From Gammaproteobacteria bacterium (GTDB lineage Bacteria > Pseudomonadota > Gammaproteobacteria > GCA-002705445 > GCA-002716945), in NCBI GenBank assembly GCA_029246085.1, contig JAQWOB010000003.1, positions 7,608 through 71,607 of the forward strand: 64,000 nt of DNA, written 5' to 3'. Below the pieces are notes generated by a model, which saw nothing but the letters and a program-made list of their open reading frames with translations, ran no database searches and was not told where the DNA came from. A program made the position numbers and the translations under genes. Positions within the stretch are counted from its first letter, which is position 1. Every line of letters begins with the position of its first letter. Positions 49,314-60,020 of this stretch are shown here, piece after piece.

Positions 49314-50684
49314 ATGAAAAAAATCATAGTCTTTGGTGGTGGTCAGGTTGGTTCATCAGTAGCCAAAATACTTTCAGATGATGGAAATGATATTACGCTC
49401 GTCGATTATGACAAAGAGGTTTTGTCTGATCTGCAAGAAAAAATGGATATAAAAACAGTTCATGGTCTTGCGTCTTATCCCTCGGTTCAAAAAATTGCTG
49501 ATGCCGAAAATTGCGATATGGTTATTGCAGTTACAGGCAGTGATGAAGTTAATATGGCCGCATGCCATGTTGCAAAATCAATTTATAATGTTCCTAAAAG
49601 AATAGCAAGATTAAGAGCTAATGAGTATTTAAGAGATGAAGATGGTTTTGATAAAACTCATTTTTCAATTAGTGAGGTAATAACCCCAAATATATTAATA
49701 ACAGATTATGTGAAAAATATTTTAGAGCACCCGGGAGCTTTTCAAACTTTTCAATTCTCATCTGGTTTGGTACAAGTTGTTGCGGTTACCGTTTTACCAG
49801 AAGGCCCTTTATCAGGAAAAAAGTTGTCTGAGTTTAGAAAACATATGCCTAATGTTGATGTTAAAGTAATAAGTATATATAGAGACAAAAAGCATAATAT
49901 ACCTAATGGTGATACTGTTGTTCTTCCAGGTGATGATGTATATTTTTTGGCAACAGAAGAAAATATGCGTTTCATGAGCGAGTTAAGAAAAACTACTGAA
50001 AAACCTCATAATGTCATGATTGCTGGAGGCGGGAGAGTTGGATCGGCATTAGCAAAAAAACTTGAGTCAATTTATAATTTAAAGCTTATAGAAAAAGATA
50101 AGCATGTTGCAAAGCAGGTTGCTCAGGAATTATTGTCTACAGTTGTCCTGAATAATGATATAGCTGATGAATCACTATTAAATAATGAAAATATAAGTGA
50201 TGTTGATTATTTTTGTGCTGTTACAAATAATGACCAAATGAATATTTTGTCAGCAAAACTTGCAAAAGATATGGGCGCGAAAAGAACGATAGCAATCGTA
50301 AATAAATCTTCATATAGAAATCTTGTGTCAAAAGAAATAGATATTGTTGTATCTCCTGAAGATGTGACAATTGGATCATTACTGGCTTCTGTTAGAACCA
50401 GTGATATTGTAAATGTCCACCAGCTTGCAACAGGTGATGCAGAGGCAATGGAAATTATTGTTCATGGCGATGCCAAGACTTCAAAGCTGGTAGGAAAAAA
50501 AATATCTGAATTAAATTTACCTATTGATATAGTTATTGGAGCTATCGTGAGAAAAGAAGCTGTTATGCTTGCGAATGATGATTTAATCATTGAGACAGAT
50601 GACCATGTTATAATATTTGTTTTAGATAAAAAAGATATATCCAAAGTAGAAAAAATGTTTCAGGTGAGCGTAGGTTTTTTCTAG
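49314..50684 (+). CDS. trkA: Trk potassium uptake regulatory subunit
   Basis: Two RCK domains (GGGQVG, AGGGRVG), AVT.SDE.N, HGD..TSK.VG. Confidence 0.96.
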   Translation: MKKIIVFGGGQVGSSVAKILSDDGNDITLVDYDKEVLSDLQEKMDIKTVHGLASYPSVQKIADAENCDMVIAVTGSDEVNMAACHVAKSIYNVPKRIARLRANEYLRDEDGFDKTHFSISEVITPNILITDYVKNILEHPGAFQTFQFSSGLVQVVAVTVLPEGPLSGKKLSEFRKHMPNVDVKVISIYRDKKHNIPNGDTVVLPGDDVYFLATEENMRFMSELRKTTEKPHNVMIAGGGRVGSALAKKLESIYNLKLIEKDKHVAKQVAQELLSTVVLNNDIADESLLNNENISDVDYFCAVTNNDQMNILSAKLAKDMGAKRTIAIVNKSSYRNLVSKEIDIVVSPEDVTIGSLLASVRTSDIVNVHQLATGDAEAMEIIVHGDAKTSKLVGKKISELNLPIDIVIGAIVRKEAVMLANDDLIIETDDHVIIFVLDKKDISKVEKMFQVSVGFF

Positions 50685-50687
50685 AAT

Positions 50688-52130
50688 ATGAATTATTCAA
50701 TCATTTTAAAAATTATAGGAATAATGCTGATTCTTTTTAGCTTAATGCTTTTTATACCAATTTCTGTTTCTTTGTTTTATAGCGATGGTAATCTTGAAAC
50801 TTTTTTGAATTCTTTGGCAATAACCTTATTTTTTGGTCTTATCTTATATCTTCCCAATATCAAATCTAGAAGTGATATTAAAACTAAAGAAGGTTTTCTA
50901 ATTGTAGTTTTGTTTTGGTTAATTCTTAGTATTTTTGGCTCAATTCCTTTTATGTTTGATAAGCAATTATCTCTTAGTTTTATAGATGCTTTTTTTGAAT
51001 CAATTTCAGGGTGGACAACAACTGGAGCAACAGTAATTAATAATATTGATATACTCTCTCCTTCATTATTAATATATAGGCAAGAGCTGCAGTGGCTTGG
51101 TGGCATGGGAATTGTAATATTAGCTCTTGCTATACTGCCAATGCTTGGAGTTGGAGGAATGCATTTATATAAGGCTGAATCTACTGGTCCAATTAAAGAT
51201 AATAAAATATCACCTAGAATTGCAGAAACAGCTAAAAGTCTTTGGTCAATTTATTTAGGCTTAACTATAATATGTGCAATTGCTTATTATCTTGCTGGTA
51301 TGTCAATATTTGATGCTGTAGCACATAGTTTCTCCACTATTGCAATTGGTGGATTTTCTACCCACAATTTAAGTATTGGATATTTTAATAGTAATTTAAT
51401 AGAGCTAATCTGTGTTTTCTTCATGATTATTTCTGCATTAAATTTTATTTTACATTTCATGGCGATAAAAACCAAAGATATTAAAACTTACCTTCATGAT
51501 ACTGAGTTTAAATCATATATTTTAATTATACTCTTTGTATTTCTGAGTATAGTTTTATATACATATATTGAGAAAAATGAAGATTTGACAGCTATGCAAA
51601 TACTTTTTCAGTCAGTATCATTTATAACAACATCTGGTTTTACTAATGCAACATATTATTCGTGGCCATCATTTTTAACATCATTATTGATTGTAATAAG
51701 CTTTATAGGTGCATGCGCAGGATCAACTGGTGGCGGGTTAAAAGTAATAAGAGTAATAATACTTTTTAAATTATTAAAAAGAGAATTACTTAAGATTATA
51801 CATCCCACTGCAGAAATTCCAATACGAGTAAATCAATCAACTATAAATGAAGAAACATCAGCAACATTATATAATTTTTTTATATTTTATATTTTGTCTT
51901 ACTTAGCTTTATCGTTTCTCCTTTTGATGTCTGGACTTGATATGATCACCTCTTTTTCTGCTGTGGCTTCATGCATTAATAATCTTGGGCCAGGACTTGG
52001 TGATGTTGCATTGAATTATGGAGATATCAATATATTTGCTAAATATGTTTTATCCTTTGCTATGATTTTAGGCAGGCTTGAAATTTTCACACTATTAATT
52101 GTAATGACACCATATTTTTGGAAATATTGA
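50688..52130 (+). CDS. trkH: Trk potassium uptake membrane subunit
   Basis: FESISG.TTTGA, QWLGGMG, GGFST, GSTGGG.K, NNLGPG, GRLEI. Confidence 0.96.
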   Translation: MNYSIILKIIGIMLILFSLMLFIPISVSLFYSDGNLETFLNSLAITLFFGLILYLPNIKSRSDIKTKEGFLIVVLFWLILSIFGSIPFMFDKQLSLSFIDAFFESISGWTTTGATVINNIDILSPSLLIYRQELQWLGGMGIVILALAILPMLGVGGMHLYKAESTGPIKDNKISPRIAETAKSLWSIYLGLTIICAIAYYLAGMSIFDAVAHSFSTIAIGGFSTHNLSIGYFNSNLIELICVFFMIISALNFILHFMAIKTKDIKTYLHDTEFKSYILIILFVFLSIVLYTYIEKNEDLTAMQILFQSVSFITTSGFTNATYYSWPSFLTSLLIVISFIGACAGSTGGGLKVIRVIILFKLLKRELLKIIHPTAEIPIRVNQSTINEETSATLYNFFIFYILSYLALSFLLLMSGLDMITSFSAVASCINNLGPGLGDVALNYGDINIFAKYVLSFAMILGRLEIFTLLIVMTPYFWKY

Positions 52131-52137
52131 TAATATT

Positions 52138-53121
52138 ATGGGAAATGAAGCAAAACCTTTTTTATCTAAAACCAATCCTTTAAATATTAGTAAAAGCGAT
52201 GGAGAGCATTTTTCATTAAAATACCTGCTTCCTCATTATTGGCCAACATGGCTTTTATTGATATTATCTTTCTTAATTGCTTTTATGCCAAATATTATTA
52301 GAGTTATATTGGGAAATATTGTAGGAAAAATTATATTCCTTATGAACTCTAAAAGAAGAAATATAGTAATGGCAAATCTTTCTTTATGTTTTAAGAGTAA
52401 AACAAAGACTGAAATTAGTAATATTTGCAAAGCATACTTTTTTTATCTAGGAAGAGCTTTTGTTGATATGTCATTACTTTGGTGGAGAAGTAATCCATTC
52501 TTACAAAAAAATTGTGAAATTTCTAATCAAGAATATATTGACAAAGTATTATCTAAAAATAAGGGCATAATATTATTAGTCGCACATTCTGTTTTTCTAG
52601 ATTTTGGTGGGAGGTCCTTATCAAGATATCCAATGGTGAGTATGTATAAACCATTTAGAAATAAATTATTAAACTGGGTTATGGGGAGTGCTCGTAGTAG
52701 AAAAACCGATAATATCATAGTCTATCCAAGAGATAATTTTCCATTTCGAAAAATAATAAAAGCACTTAGAAAGAAAGCTATATTCTATTATCTTGGTGAT
52801 GAAGATTTGGGGAAGGATAATTCAGTATTCTCAGAGTTTTTTGATGAAAAAAAATCAACACTCATCTCTATAAGTAAAATATCGAAGCTATCTAGTTGTG
52901 TTGTTATGCCATGTGTTAATTATTATTGCCCCATCTCTAAAAAATATAAAACATATATTGGGGAGCCATTAGATGACTTTCCATCCAATGACAAACAAAA
53001 AGATGCTGACACAATAAATATTGCACTACAGAAAGTTATTTCACGAGACTTAGAGCAATACATGTGGAGCCTAAGATTGTTTCAGACACGACCTGATGGT
53101 AAAAGCTACCCATACAAGTAA
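52138..53121 (+). CDS. lipid A biosynthesis acyltransferase (LpxL/LpxM family)
   Basis: P.YW.TW, R......NL.LCF, H....D, D.D.G, QY.W....F.TRP. Confidence 0.88.
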   Translation: MGNEAKPFLSKTNPLNISKSDGEHFSLKYLLPHYWPTWLLLILSFLIAFMPNIIRVILGNIVGKIIFLMNSKRRNIVMANLSLCFKSKTKTEISNICKAYFFYLGRAFVDMSLLWWRSNPFLQKNCEISNQEYIDKVLSKNKGIILLVAHSVFLDFGGRSLSRYPMVSMYKPFRNKLLNWVMGSARSRKTDNIIVYPRDNFPFRKIIKALRKKAIFYYLGDEDLGKDNSVFSEFFDEKKSTLISISKISKLSSCVVMPCVNYYCPISKKYKTYIGEPLDDFPSNDKQKDADTINIALQKVISRDLEQYMWSLRLFQTRPDGKSYPYK

Positions 53122-53181
53122 TAGAGCTTTATATTAATCATTAGCTATTAACTTTATTTAATATTCTCTATAATCATTTGT

Positions 53182-54123
53182 ATGAACTTATTCTCAGAAA
53201 TAACAGAATATAAGCATGAATATCTATCTGTTGATATGACTCATGAATTGTATATTGAGCAATCTGGAAATCCAAATGGTATCCCTGTTATTTTTTTGCA
53301 TGGTGGCCCAGGTGCGGGCGCTAATTATTTTTATAGAAGATTCTTTGACCCTAAGGTTTATAGAATAATTTTGTTTGATCAACGTGGTTCTGGAAAATCT
53401 AAGCCTTATGCGAGCATTATTAACAATACAGCTAAAGACTTAATTGATGATATTAAAAAAATTATTACTCACCTTAATATTGAGAAAGCTATAATATATG
53501 GGGGCTCATGGGGATCTACGTTGGGATTATTATTTGCAGAAAAATATCCAGAACTAGTTCACTCTCTTGTGTTGCGAGGTATATTTTTATGTAGAAAAGC
53601 TGACATTAATTGGTTTTACCAGAAGGGAGCTCATGAAATATATCCAGATTATTGGGATGCATTCATTTCTGATATCCCTGTTCAAGAAAGAGATAATATT
53701 TTAGCAGCATTTCACAATAGAATTCATGGTAAAAATAAAGATATTAGTCTTAACTTATGTAAGAAATGGGCAGAATGGGAAGGCAAGTGTTCAACCCTAT
53801 TACCATCTAAAGCTGTCATAGACAATTTTTCAGATTGTTCTGAATCACTATCAAAAATAGAAACTCATTATTTTATGAATGACTGTTTCATAGATGAAAA
53901 TCAAATTTTAAATAATATTGATAAAATTCTTAATATAAAATGTCACATTGTTCATGGAAGATTTGATATTGTATGTCCATTTAAACAAGCATATGATTTA
54001 CATCAGGTTTATAAAGGGTCTAGTATAAACATAATTAATGATGCTGGACACTCTCTTTTAGAGCCTGGAATTACAAATAAAGTTCTCGAAATATTTTCGA
54101 ATCCCAATGAACTTATATCTTAA
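53182..54123 (+). CDS. pip: prolyl aminopeptidase
   Basis: GNP.G.PV.FLHGGPG, DQRGSG.S, GGSWGSTL, LRGIFL, HGRFD..CP, DAGHS. Confidence 0.95.
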   Translation: MNLFSEITEYKHEYLSVDMTHELYIEQSGNPNGIPVIFLHGGPGAGANYFYRRFFDPKVYRIILFDQRGSGKSKPYASIINNTAKDLIDDIKKIITHLNIEKAIIYGGSWGSTLGLLFAEKYPELVHSLVLRGIFLCRKADINWFYQKGAHEIYPDYWDAFISDIPVQERDNILAAFHNRIHGKNKDISLNLCKKWAEWEGKCSTLLPSKAVIDNFSDCSESLSKIETHYFMNDCFIDENQILNNIDKILNIKCHIVHGRFDIVCPFKQAYDLHQVYKGSSINIINDAGHSLLEPGITNKVLEIFSNPNELIS

Positions 54124-54883
54124 ATTCTTTTGTAGTTTAATCTTAGTATTTTTTATATTAACAGATATATATGCTGATATTATTCCAAGTAAAATTCGCG
54201 AAGAAAATATAAATAATCAAATTATTGAGTATATTTTTGATGCTAACATAATAAAAATATCTTCTGACATTGAAAATAACTTTAATTTAATTGCTAATGA
54301 AAATAGTGAATCTAAGTATTCAGTTTTATTGCTGCATGGAAGAGGCCTTTATCCTACAGAACCTAATGTGATAGATCCATTAAGAATATCATTTATTGAA
54401 GAAGGGATTGATACTTACTCATTACAGCTACCTGTTTTAGATAAAGGTAAATCTTATAATGAATATAAACAAATTTTTAAATATTCAGACGCAAGAATTA
54501 CATCTGCTATTAAATTGATACAGCCCAACAAGCTTATTATTATTGCTCATAGTTGCGGTGCTCATATGTTTATTTCTTGGGCTAAAAAAAATAATATTAA
54601 AAATTTATCTGGTTTTATTTTAATTGGGGCAGGGGCAGTAGATAAGAATCAGAAAATGATTGATGGATTAGATTATGATGATATTAGTATTCCAATTCTA
54701 AATATCTATGGAGAATATGATCATGGCTCAGTAAAAGATTATGCGGCTATTTTTGATGATGCGATTAAAGATAAAAATGATTATTTTTCAAAAAATATAG
54801 AAATCAAAGGTTCTGATCATAATTATTTAAATGAAAGCAATTTATTGGTAGATATTGTAAATTCGTGGCTTAAATCTTTATAA
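54107..54883 (+). CDS. exported alpha/beta hydrolase (DUF3530-like)
   Basis: N-terminal signal/TM, LLHGRG..P, SLQLP, IAHSCG, G..D, H.Y. Confidence 0.75.
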   Translation: MNLYLKFFCSLILVFFILTDIYADIIPSKIREENINNQIIEYIFDANIIKISSDIENNFNLIANENSESKYSVLLLHGRGLYPTEPNVIDPLRISFIEEGIDTYSLQLPVLDKGKSYNEYKQIFKYSDARITSAIKLIQPNKLIIIAHSCGAHMFISWAKKNNIKNLSGFILIGAGAVDKNQKMIDGLDYDDISIPILNIYGEYDHGSVKDYAAIFDDAIKDKNDYFSKNIEIKGSDHNYLNESNLLVDIVNSWLKSL

Positions 54884-54900
54884 TATGTTATAGATATCAT

Positions 54901-55494
54901 ATGAAAAAACGTATAGCACAAGTTGAAAGAGTAACAAAAGAAACGCAAATAAAAGCGGAGATAAATTTAGATGGCCAAGGTGACTCATCAATTAAAGCTG
55001 ATTTGCCATTTTTAGAACATATGTTGGAGCAAGTTGCGCGACATGGTATGTTTGATTTAACAATTTTAGCCAAGGGTGACTTAGAAATAGATGCTCATCA
55101 TACTGTTGAAGATGTGGGCATAGTTCTAGGCCAAGCTTTGGAAAAAGCGCTTGGTGATAAAATAGGTATAACTAGATTTGGTTCAGCATATGTCCCATTA
55201 GATGAATCGTTATCTAGGGTTGTTCTGGATTTTTCAGGAAGACCTGGTTTGGAGTTTAATGTTACGTTCCCAAGATCCCGTGTTGGAGAGTTTGATATAG
55301 ATTTGTTGCAAGAATTTTTTCAAGGTTTTGTTAACCATGCTAAAGCCACTATTCATATTGATAATATTAGAGGCGGTAATTCGCATCATATAGCGGAGAC
55401 TATATTTAAAGCATTTGGCAAAGCCTTAAAAATGGCAGTCACAATCGACCCAAGGCAAGCAGACAAAATACCGTCTACAAAAGAATTAATCTAA
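54901..55494 (+). CDS. hisB: imidazoleglycerol-phosphate dehydratase (monofunctional)
   Basis: [31 protein letters not shown]. Confidence 0.97.
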   Translation: MKKRIAQVERVTKETQIKAEINLDGQGDSSIKADLPFLEHMLEQVARHGMFDLTILAKGDLEIDAHHTVEDVGIVLGQALEKALGDKIGITRFGSAYVPLDESLSRVVLDFSGRPGLEFNVTFPRSRVGEFDIDLLQEFFQGFVNHAKATIHIDNIRGGNSHHIAETIFKAFGKALKMAVTIDPRQADKIPSTKELI

Positions 55495-56129
55495 TGGCAG
55501 ATATTGCTATCATTGATTATGGCATGGGTAATGTACATAGTGTGTGCAAAGCTTTAAACAAAGTTTTAGATAAAAATTCTACGGTAAAGATAACTAATTC
55601 GCTCAATGATTTGTCAGATTGTTCTCATATCGTCTTTCCTGGACAAGGCGCGGCATCAGAATGTATGATTAACATTGATAAAAATTTAGATATTGTAGAA
55701 TTTAAAAAAATTATATCACAAAAGCCCTTTTTAGGAATATGCATGGGTTTGCAGGTACTAATGACTCATAGCGAGGAAAATGAAGGATCCAACTGTCTAA
55801 ATATTTTGGATGGAAAAGTTCTCAGTATAGAGAGAAAAATGAATTCAAATCTTAAAGTTCCTCATATGGGATGGAATAAAGTTAAACAAGAAAATAAGCA
55901 TCCTCTTTGGAACAATATACCTGATGGAGCATTTTTTTATTTTGTGCATAGTTATTTTGTCAAGCCTTTAGATAAATCAAATATATTATCAACTACTAAT
56001 TATGATTTAGATTTTGCATCAGCACTTTATAAAGATAATATTGCAGCAGTTCAATTTCATCCTGAAAAGAGTTCTAAGATGGGATTAAGATTGCTTGAAA
56101 ATTTTATAAACTGGAATGGTGAGATTTAA
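55494..56129 (+). CDS. hisH: imidazole glycerol phosphate synthase glutaminase subunit
   Basis: DYGMGN, PGQG, GICMG.Q, PHMGWN, YFVHSY, QFHPEKS. Confidence 0.97.
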   Translation: MADIAIIDYGMGNVHSVCKALNKVLDKNSTVKITNSLNDLSDCSHIVFPGQGAASECMINIDKNLDIVEFKKIISQKPFLGICMGLQVLMTHSEENEGSNCLNILDGKVLSIERKMNSNLKVPHMGWNKVKQENKHPLWNNIPDGAFFYFVHSYFVKPLDKSNILSTTNYDLDFASALYKDNIAAVQFHPEKSSKMGLRLLENFINWNGEI

Positions 56130-56860
56130 TGAAAATACTTCCAGCAATTGATATTAAAGAGGGTAAATGCGTAAGACTTGCTAAAGGTGATTATAGCCAA
56201 GTAACTCATTATTTTGATAATCCATTAGATGTAGCAAAGAAATGGATTGACCAAGGGTCTATGAATTTACATATAGTTGATTTAGATGGAGCGAAATCTG
56301 GAAAAACTATTAACTATAATATTATTGCCGAGATTAGGAATAGTTATCCAGATATTTATATTCAGATTGGTGGTGGAATTAGAGATATTGAAAGTATAAA
56401 TAAATATATTAATATTGGTATTAATAAAGTTATAGTTGGAACTCGTGTAGTTTCAGACCCAAGTTTTTTAAAAAGAATACCATCTGATATTAAAGAAAAA
56501 GTAATAATTGACCTTGCTGTTAAGGATGGTAAGTTAGCTGTCCATGGCTGGAATAATTCATCAGATTTTACCTTACAGGAATTTATTAAAATTTTAGAAT
56601 CTAATAATATTCAAGAAATTGTTTTTACAGATGTAAGCAAAGATGGGATGTTGGAGGGAATGAATTTTTCAGAGATTTCAAATATTTTGAGCTTTTCTAG
56701 TATTCCATTAATTGCTTCTGGAGGTGTAACTTCAATCGATGATATTAAATATCTTTGTAGGATGAATGAAATTAAAATATCTGGTGTAATTATCGGCAAG
56801 GCTTTATATGAAAATAAAATTAATCTCAAAGATGCAATTAAATTATCTAACAAAAACTAA
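56129..56860 (+). CDS. hisA: ProFAR isomerase
   Basis: [29 protein letters not shown]...DG.L.G, ASGGV, GKALY. Confidence 0.97.
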   Translation: MKILPAIDIKEGKCVRLAKGDYSQVTHYFDNPLDVAKKWIDQGSMNLHIVDLDGAKSGKTINYNIIAEIRNSYPDIYIQIGGGIRDIESINKYINIGINKVIVGTRVVSDPSFLKRIPSDIKEKVIIDLAVKDGKLAVHGWNNSSDFTLQEFIKILESNNIQEIVFTDVSKDGMLEGMNFSEISNILSFSSIPLIASGGVTSIDDIKYLCRMNEIKISGVIIGKALYENKINLKDAIKLSNKN

Positions 56861-57624
56861 TGTCTTTATATAAAAGAATAATACCCTGTCTAGATGTTGC
56901 CAATGGCCGTGTAGTTAAAGGAACTAAATTTATAAATATTGTAGATGCAGGCGACCCAGTTGAGGTAGCTAAACGTTATGATCAAGAAGGTGCAGATGAA
57001 ATTGCTTTCTTAGATATTACTGCAACGCATGAGGCTAGAAAAACAATCATAGAAACTGTTGAAAAAGTAGCTTGTGAAGTTTTTATTCCGCTAACTGTTG
57101 GAGGCGGAGTCTCCAATTATAGTGATGTGTTAAATCTTTTAAGCGCAGGTGCAGATAAAGTTGCCATAAATAGTGCTGCAGTAGCTAATCCAAATTTAAT
57201 AAATCAGGTTACAGACAAGATTGGCAGACAATGTATTGTGGCTGCAATAGATGTTAAGCAAAATAAAAATAATAGCAACTGGACCGTCTATACTCATGGA
57301 GGACGAAATTCAACAGAAATAGATGCTTTCCAGTGGGCTAAAGAACTATCTGATAGAGGTGCAGGTGAGATACTTTTAACTAGTATGGATAGAGATGGCA
57401 CTAAAAAAGGTTTTGATTTAGATTTATTAAATCTTATTTCTAGCGAAGTATCTATACCTGTTATTGCGTCTGGGGGAGCTGGAACACTAGAGCACTTAAG
57501 AGATGCTGTTGTAGCTGGTAAAGCAGATGCTGTATTAGCTGCAAGTATATTTCATTATTCAATATACTCAATTCAAGAGGCTAAGGAATATATGAAAAAA
57601 CATGGAGTTTTAGTACGAATATAA
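56860..57624 (+). CDS. hisF: imidazole glycerol phosphate synthase cyclase subunit
   Basis: [43 protein letters not shown]. Confidence 0.98.
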   Translation: MSLYKRIIPCLDVANGRVVKGTKFINIVDAGDPVEVAKRYDQEGADEIAFLDITATHEARKTIIETVEKVACEVFIPLTVGGGVSNYSDVLNLLSAGADKVAINSAAVANPNLINQVTDKIGRQCIVAAIDVKQNKNNSNWTVYTHGGRNSTEIDAFQWAKELSDRGAGEILLTSMDRDGTKKGFDLDLLNLISSEVSIPVIASGGAGTLEHLRDAVVAGKADAVLAASIFHYSIYSIQEAKEYMKKHGVLVRI

Positions 57625-57646
57625 CAATTTGTGCTAACCTAGTAAT

Positions 57647-57979
57647 ATGATTGAAAACACTAAATCAAACATTCTTGCAAAGCTAGAAGATATTTTGAAT
57701 GATAGAAAACGCAATGTATCGGAAGACTCATATGTTTCACAATTGTATAAAAAAGGGAACAAGTCTATAAATTTAAAAATTATAGAAGAAGCAAATGAAT
57801 ACATAGATGCGGTCAATAATTCTGATCGTGATCATATTATCCATGAGGCTACTGATCTTTGGTTTCATACATTGGTATCATTAACTTTGAATGGAATATC
57901 ATCAGATGATATCCTTAAAGAACTTGAAAATAGATTCGGTCTATCAGGATTGGAAGAAAAAAGATTAAGAAAAAAATGA
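57647..57979 (+). CDS. hisE: phosphoribosyl-ATP diphosphatase
   Basis: SYV..L..KG, K..EEA.E, E..DLWFH, RFG.SGL.EK. Confidence 0.94.
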   Translation: MIENTKSNILAKLEDILNDRKRNVSEDSYVSQLYKKGNKSINLKIIEEANEYIDAVNNSDRDHIIHEATDLWFHTLVSLTLNGISSDDILKELENRFGLSGLEEKRLRKK

Positions 57980-57989
57980 GGTATTAAAA

Positions 57990-58187
57990 ATGTTAAGCGG
58001 TATATCACCATGGTCAATATTACTGATATTAATTATAGTAGTTGTTTTATTTGGAACTAAAAAACTTAGAAATGTTGGGTCAGACTTAGGAACAGCTATT
58101 AAAAGTTTTAAAAAGTCATCAAAAGAAGATGATGCTAGTAGTAAAACTGTTTCTGCAAAAAAATCTGTAAAAGAAGATAGTAAGTAA
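57990..58187 (+). CDS. tatA: twin-arginine translocase TatA
   Basis: [21 protein letters not shown]. Confidence 0.96.
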   Translation: MLSGISPWSILLILIIVVVLFGTKKLRNVGSDLGTAIKSFKKSSKEDDASSKTVSAKKSVKEDSK

Positions 58188-58192
58188 GCCCT

Positions 58193-58459
58193 ATGTTTGA
58201 TATAGGTTTTTGGGAATTATTCCTAATATTTTTACTCTTATTGTTTGTTGTTGGGCCAGAAAGGCTTCCAGCAATTGCTGGTTATTTAGGGAAATGGTTT
58301 GGAAAATTTCAAAGATATTTCTTTGAGCTTAAAGATTCTATACAGCGTGAAACAGAAGAACCTAGCAATCAAATCAATAAGTTATTGGATGACCAAAAAT
58401 CTTCGATGGACAGATTACAGAAAGAAATTAGCGATAAGAAAGAGGAAGATAATAAATAA
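58193..58459 (+). CDS. tatB: twin-arginine translocase TatB
   Basis: MFDIGFWEL...VVGPERLP. Confidence 0.95.
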   Translation: MFDIGFWELFLIFLLLLFVVGPERLPAIAGYLGKWFGKFQRYFFELKDSIQRETEEPSNQINKLLDDQKSSMDRLQKEISDKKEEDNK

Positions 58460-59259
58460 TGGATTCTAAGGATCAAATAAATAGTTCCTTCAAATCTTTA
58501 GTCCCCCATTTTCAGGAACTAAAATCAAGAATTTCCAAATGTCTATTATTGGTACTTATTTTTTTTATAATACTATTTCCATTTTCAGACATAATATATA
58601 CACAATTAGCTGAACCTTTGATATCAAGATTACCAGAAGGAAGCAACATGATAGCAATTGATGTTGCCTCTCCATTTTTTATTCCATTTAAGCTGGTAAT
58701 GATTTTATCTATTTTTATATCAATTCCCTTCCTTCTATATCACTTATGGATGTTTACAGCTCCTGGGCTTTATGAGAAGGAAAGAAAGCTTGTGTTACCG
58801 ATTCTTGTGTCTAGCAGCATATTGTTTTATTTAGGCGCAGCTTTTGCATACTTTGTTGTTTTCCCTTTAATATTTGCTTTTTTTATTAGCATCGCCCCTG
58901 AAGGAATTGCTGTAATGACAGATATTAGTAGGTATTTGGATTTTGTGATAACACTTTTCTTTGCATTTGGCTTTGCATTTGAAGTTCCGGTAATTACAGT
59001 TTTACTAGTTTTAACGAATGTCAGTACTCCTAAAAGTTTGTCTGCAAAGAGACCTTATGTTATTGTTGGAGCATTCGTTATAGGGATGTTTTTAACGCCA
59101 CCAGATGTAATTTCTCAAACCTTACTAGCGCTTCCAATTTGGTTTTTGTTTGAAGTTGGAATTATTTTTGCACGTATTCTTACTAAGAATCGTGGCAATA
59201 GTGATGTTGTTTTATATGATGATGTTGATAAAAATAATAATAAAAAGGATGATAAATAA
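58459..59259 (+). CDS. tatC: twin-arginine translocase TatC
   Basis: H..EL..R, SPF..P.KL, APGLYE.E, FG.AFEVP, TPPDV.SQ. Confidence 0.97.
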   Translation: MDSKDQINSSFKSLVPHFQELKSRISKCLLLVLIFFIILFPFSDIIYTQLAEPLISRLPEGSNMIAIDVASPFFIPFKLVMILSIFISIPFLLYHLWMFTAPGLYEKERKLVLPILVSSSILFYLGAAFAYFVVFPLIFAFFISIAPEGIAVMTDISRYLDFVITLFFAFGFAFEVPVITVLLVLTNVSTPKSLSAKRPYVIVGAFVIGMFLTPPDVISQTLLALPIWFLFEVGIIFARILTKNRGNSDVVLYDDVDKNNNKKDDK

Positions 59260-59261
59260 CT

Positions 59262-59804
59262 ATGGATAGAACTATTTGGTTTGTAAGACATGCTCAATCA
59301 GAATATAACAAGAAAAAACTTTTTACAGGATGGCATGATCCTGATTTAACACAACACGGTATACATAAAGCACATGATCTAAAAGAAGAGCTTTATGGAG
59401 TCATATTTGATCATATCTATTCTTCACCTCTAAAACGAGCACTGTCCACAGCGCAAATATTATCTGATGATAAAGACATAAAGATAGATGACAGGCTTAA
59501 AGAGAGAAGTTATGGCGACTGGTCAGCCAAGAACAAAGAAGAGGTGAAGTTATCTGAAGGTGTTGATAATTACTATGCAGCTAGAAGAGGATGGGAAACT
59601 AGTCCTCCCAATGGTGAAAGCTTAAAAGATGTAAGCTTGCGTGTTAAACCCTTTATTGATGAGTTGCCTGAATCTGGAAATATTCTTGTGGTTTCTCATG
59701 GGAATACAATTCGTGCAATATCTGTATTATTTGGCGTGAATACAGAAAGCAATGTTAACTCTTTCGAGATTAAAGTTGGGACTGTGTTTAAGGTAAAAAG
59801 CTAG
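59262..59804 (+). CDS. gpmA: histidine phosphatase family, short cofactor-dependent phosphoglycerate mutase-like
   Basis: RH.QS..N....FTGW.D.DL, ER.YG, PPNGESLKD...RV, SHGN.IRA. Confidence 0.7.
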   Translation: MDRTIWFVRHAQSEYNKKKLFTGWHDPDLTQHGIHKAHDLKEELYGVIFDHIYSSPLKRALSTAQILSDDKDIKIDDRLKERSYGDWSAKNKEEVKLSEGVDNYYAARRGWETSPPNGESLKDVSLRVKPFIDELPESGNILVVSHGNTIRAISVLFGVNTESNVNSFEIKVGTVFKVKS

Positions 59805-59822
59805 TATCTCTACTAGCTCTTT
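59795..59822 (-). terminator. intrinsic terminator, best oriented on the minus strand
   Basis: Minus strand AAAGAGCUAGUA-GAGA-UACUAGCUUUUU: GNRA loop, one G-U pair, U5 tail. May also stop the plus-strand his-tat operon. Confidence 0.65.
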
Positions 59823-59905
59823 CATACGGAGGTGTATATGAGTATATTAACATATAATAATATAAACTCAATACAAATTTTACCCACGAAATCTCACATA
59901 CTCAA
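59795..59905 (-). ncRNA. candidate small RNA with anti-SD loop (5' end uncertain)
   Basis: Hairpin presenting ACCUCC directly before the minus-strand terminator; no minus-strand ORF ends here. Confidence 0.3.
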
Positions 59906-60000
59906 AATATATCAATCATATAATTAGTCCTTAATGAGAGACATTCTTAAAATAGAGAGCATGACCTATTTACCTTAATAGATAGCAAAAGTTTAACAAT

Positions 60001-60016
60001 TGGCACGGTATATGCA
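60001..60016 (+). promoter_or_regulatory. sigma-54 (-24/-12) promoter
   Basis: TGGCACG-gtat-aTGCA; GG (60002-3) and GC (60014-15) at the exact spacing; one mismatch to TGGCACGNNNNTTGCW. Confidence 0.75.
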
Positions 60017-60020
60017 TTGT

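Noticed and set aside
9508-50424. E. coli Chi octamer GCTGGTGG (plus: 9508, 22280, 46260; minus: 30695, 50417)
   Set aside because: Found on both strands in similar numbers and explained by Ala-Gly-Gly or Pro-Pro-Ala-type codons; no polarity.
3219-54635. KOPS-like GGGCAGGG at about 3219 and about 54627
   Set aside because: Only two noticed, in the same orientation on both sides of the origin; uninformative.
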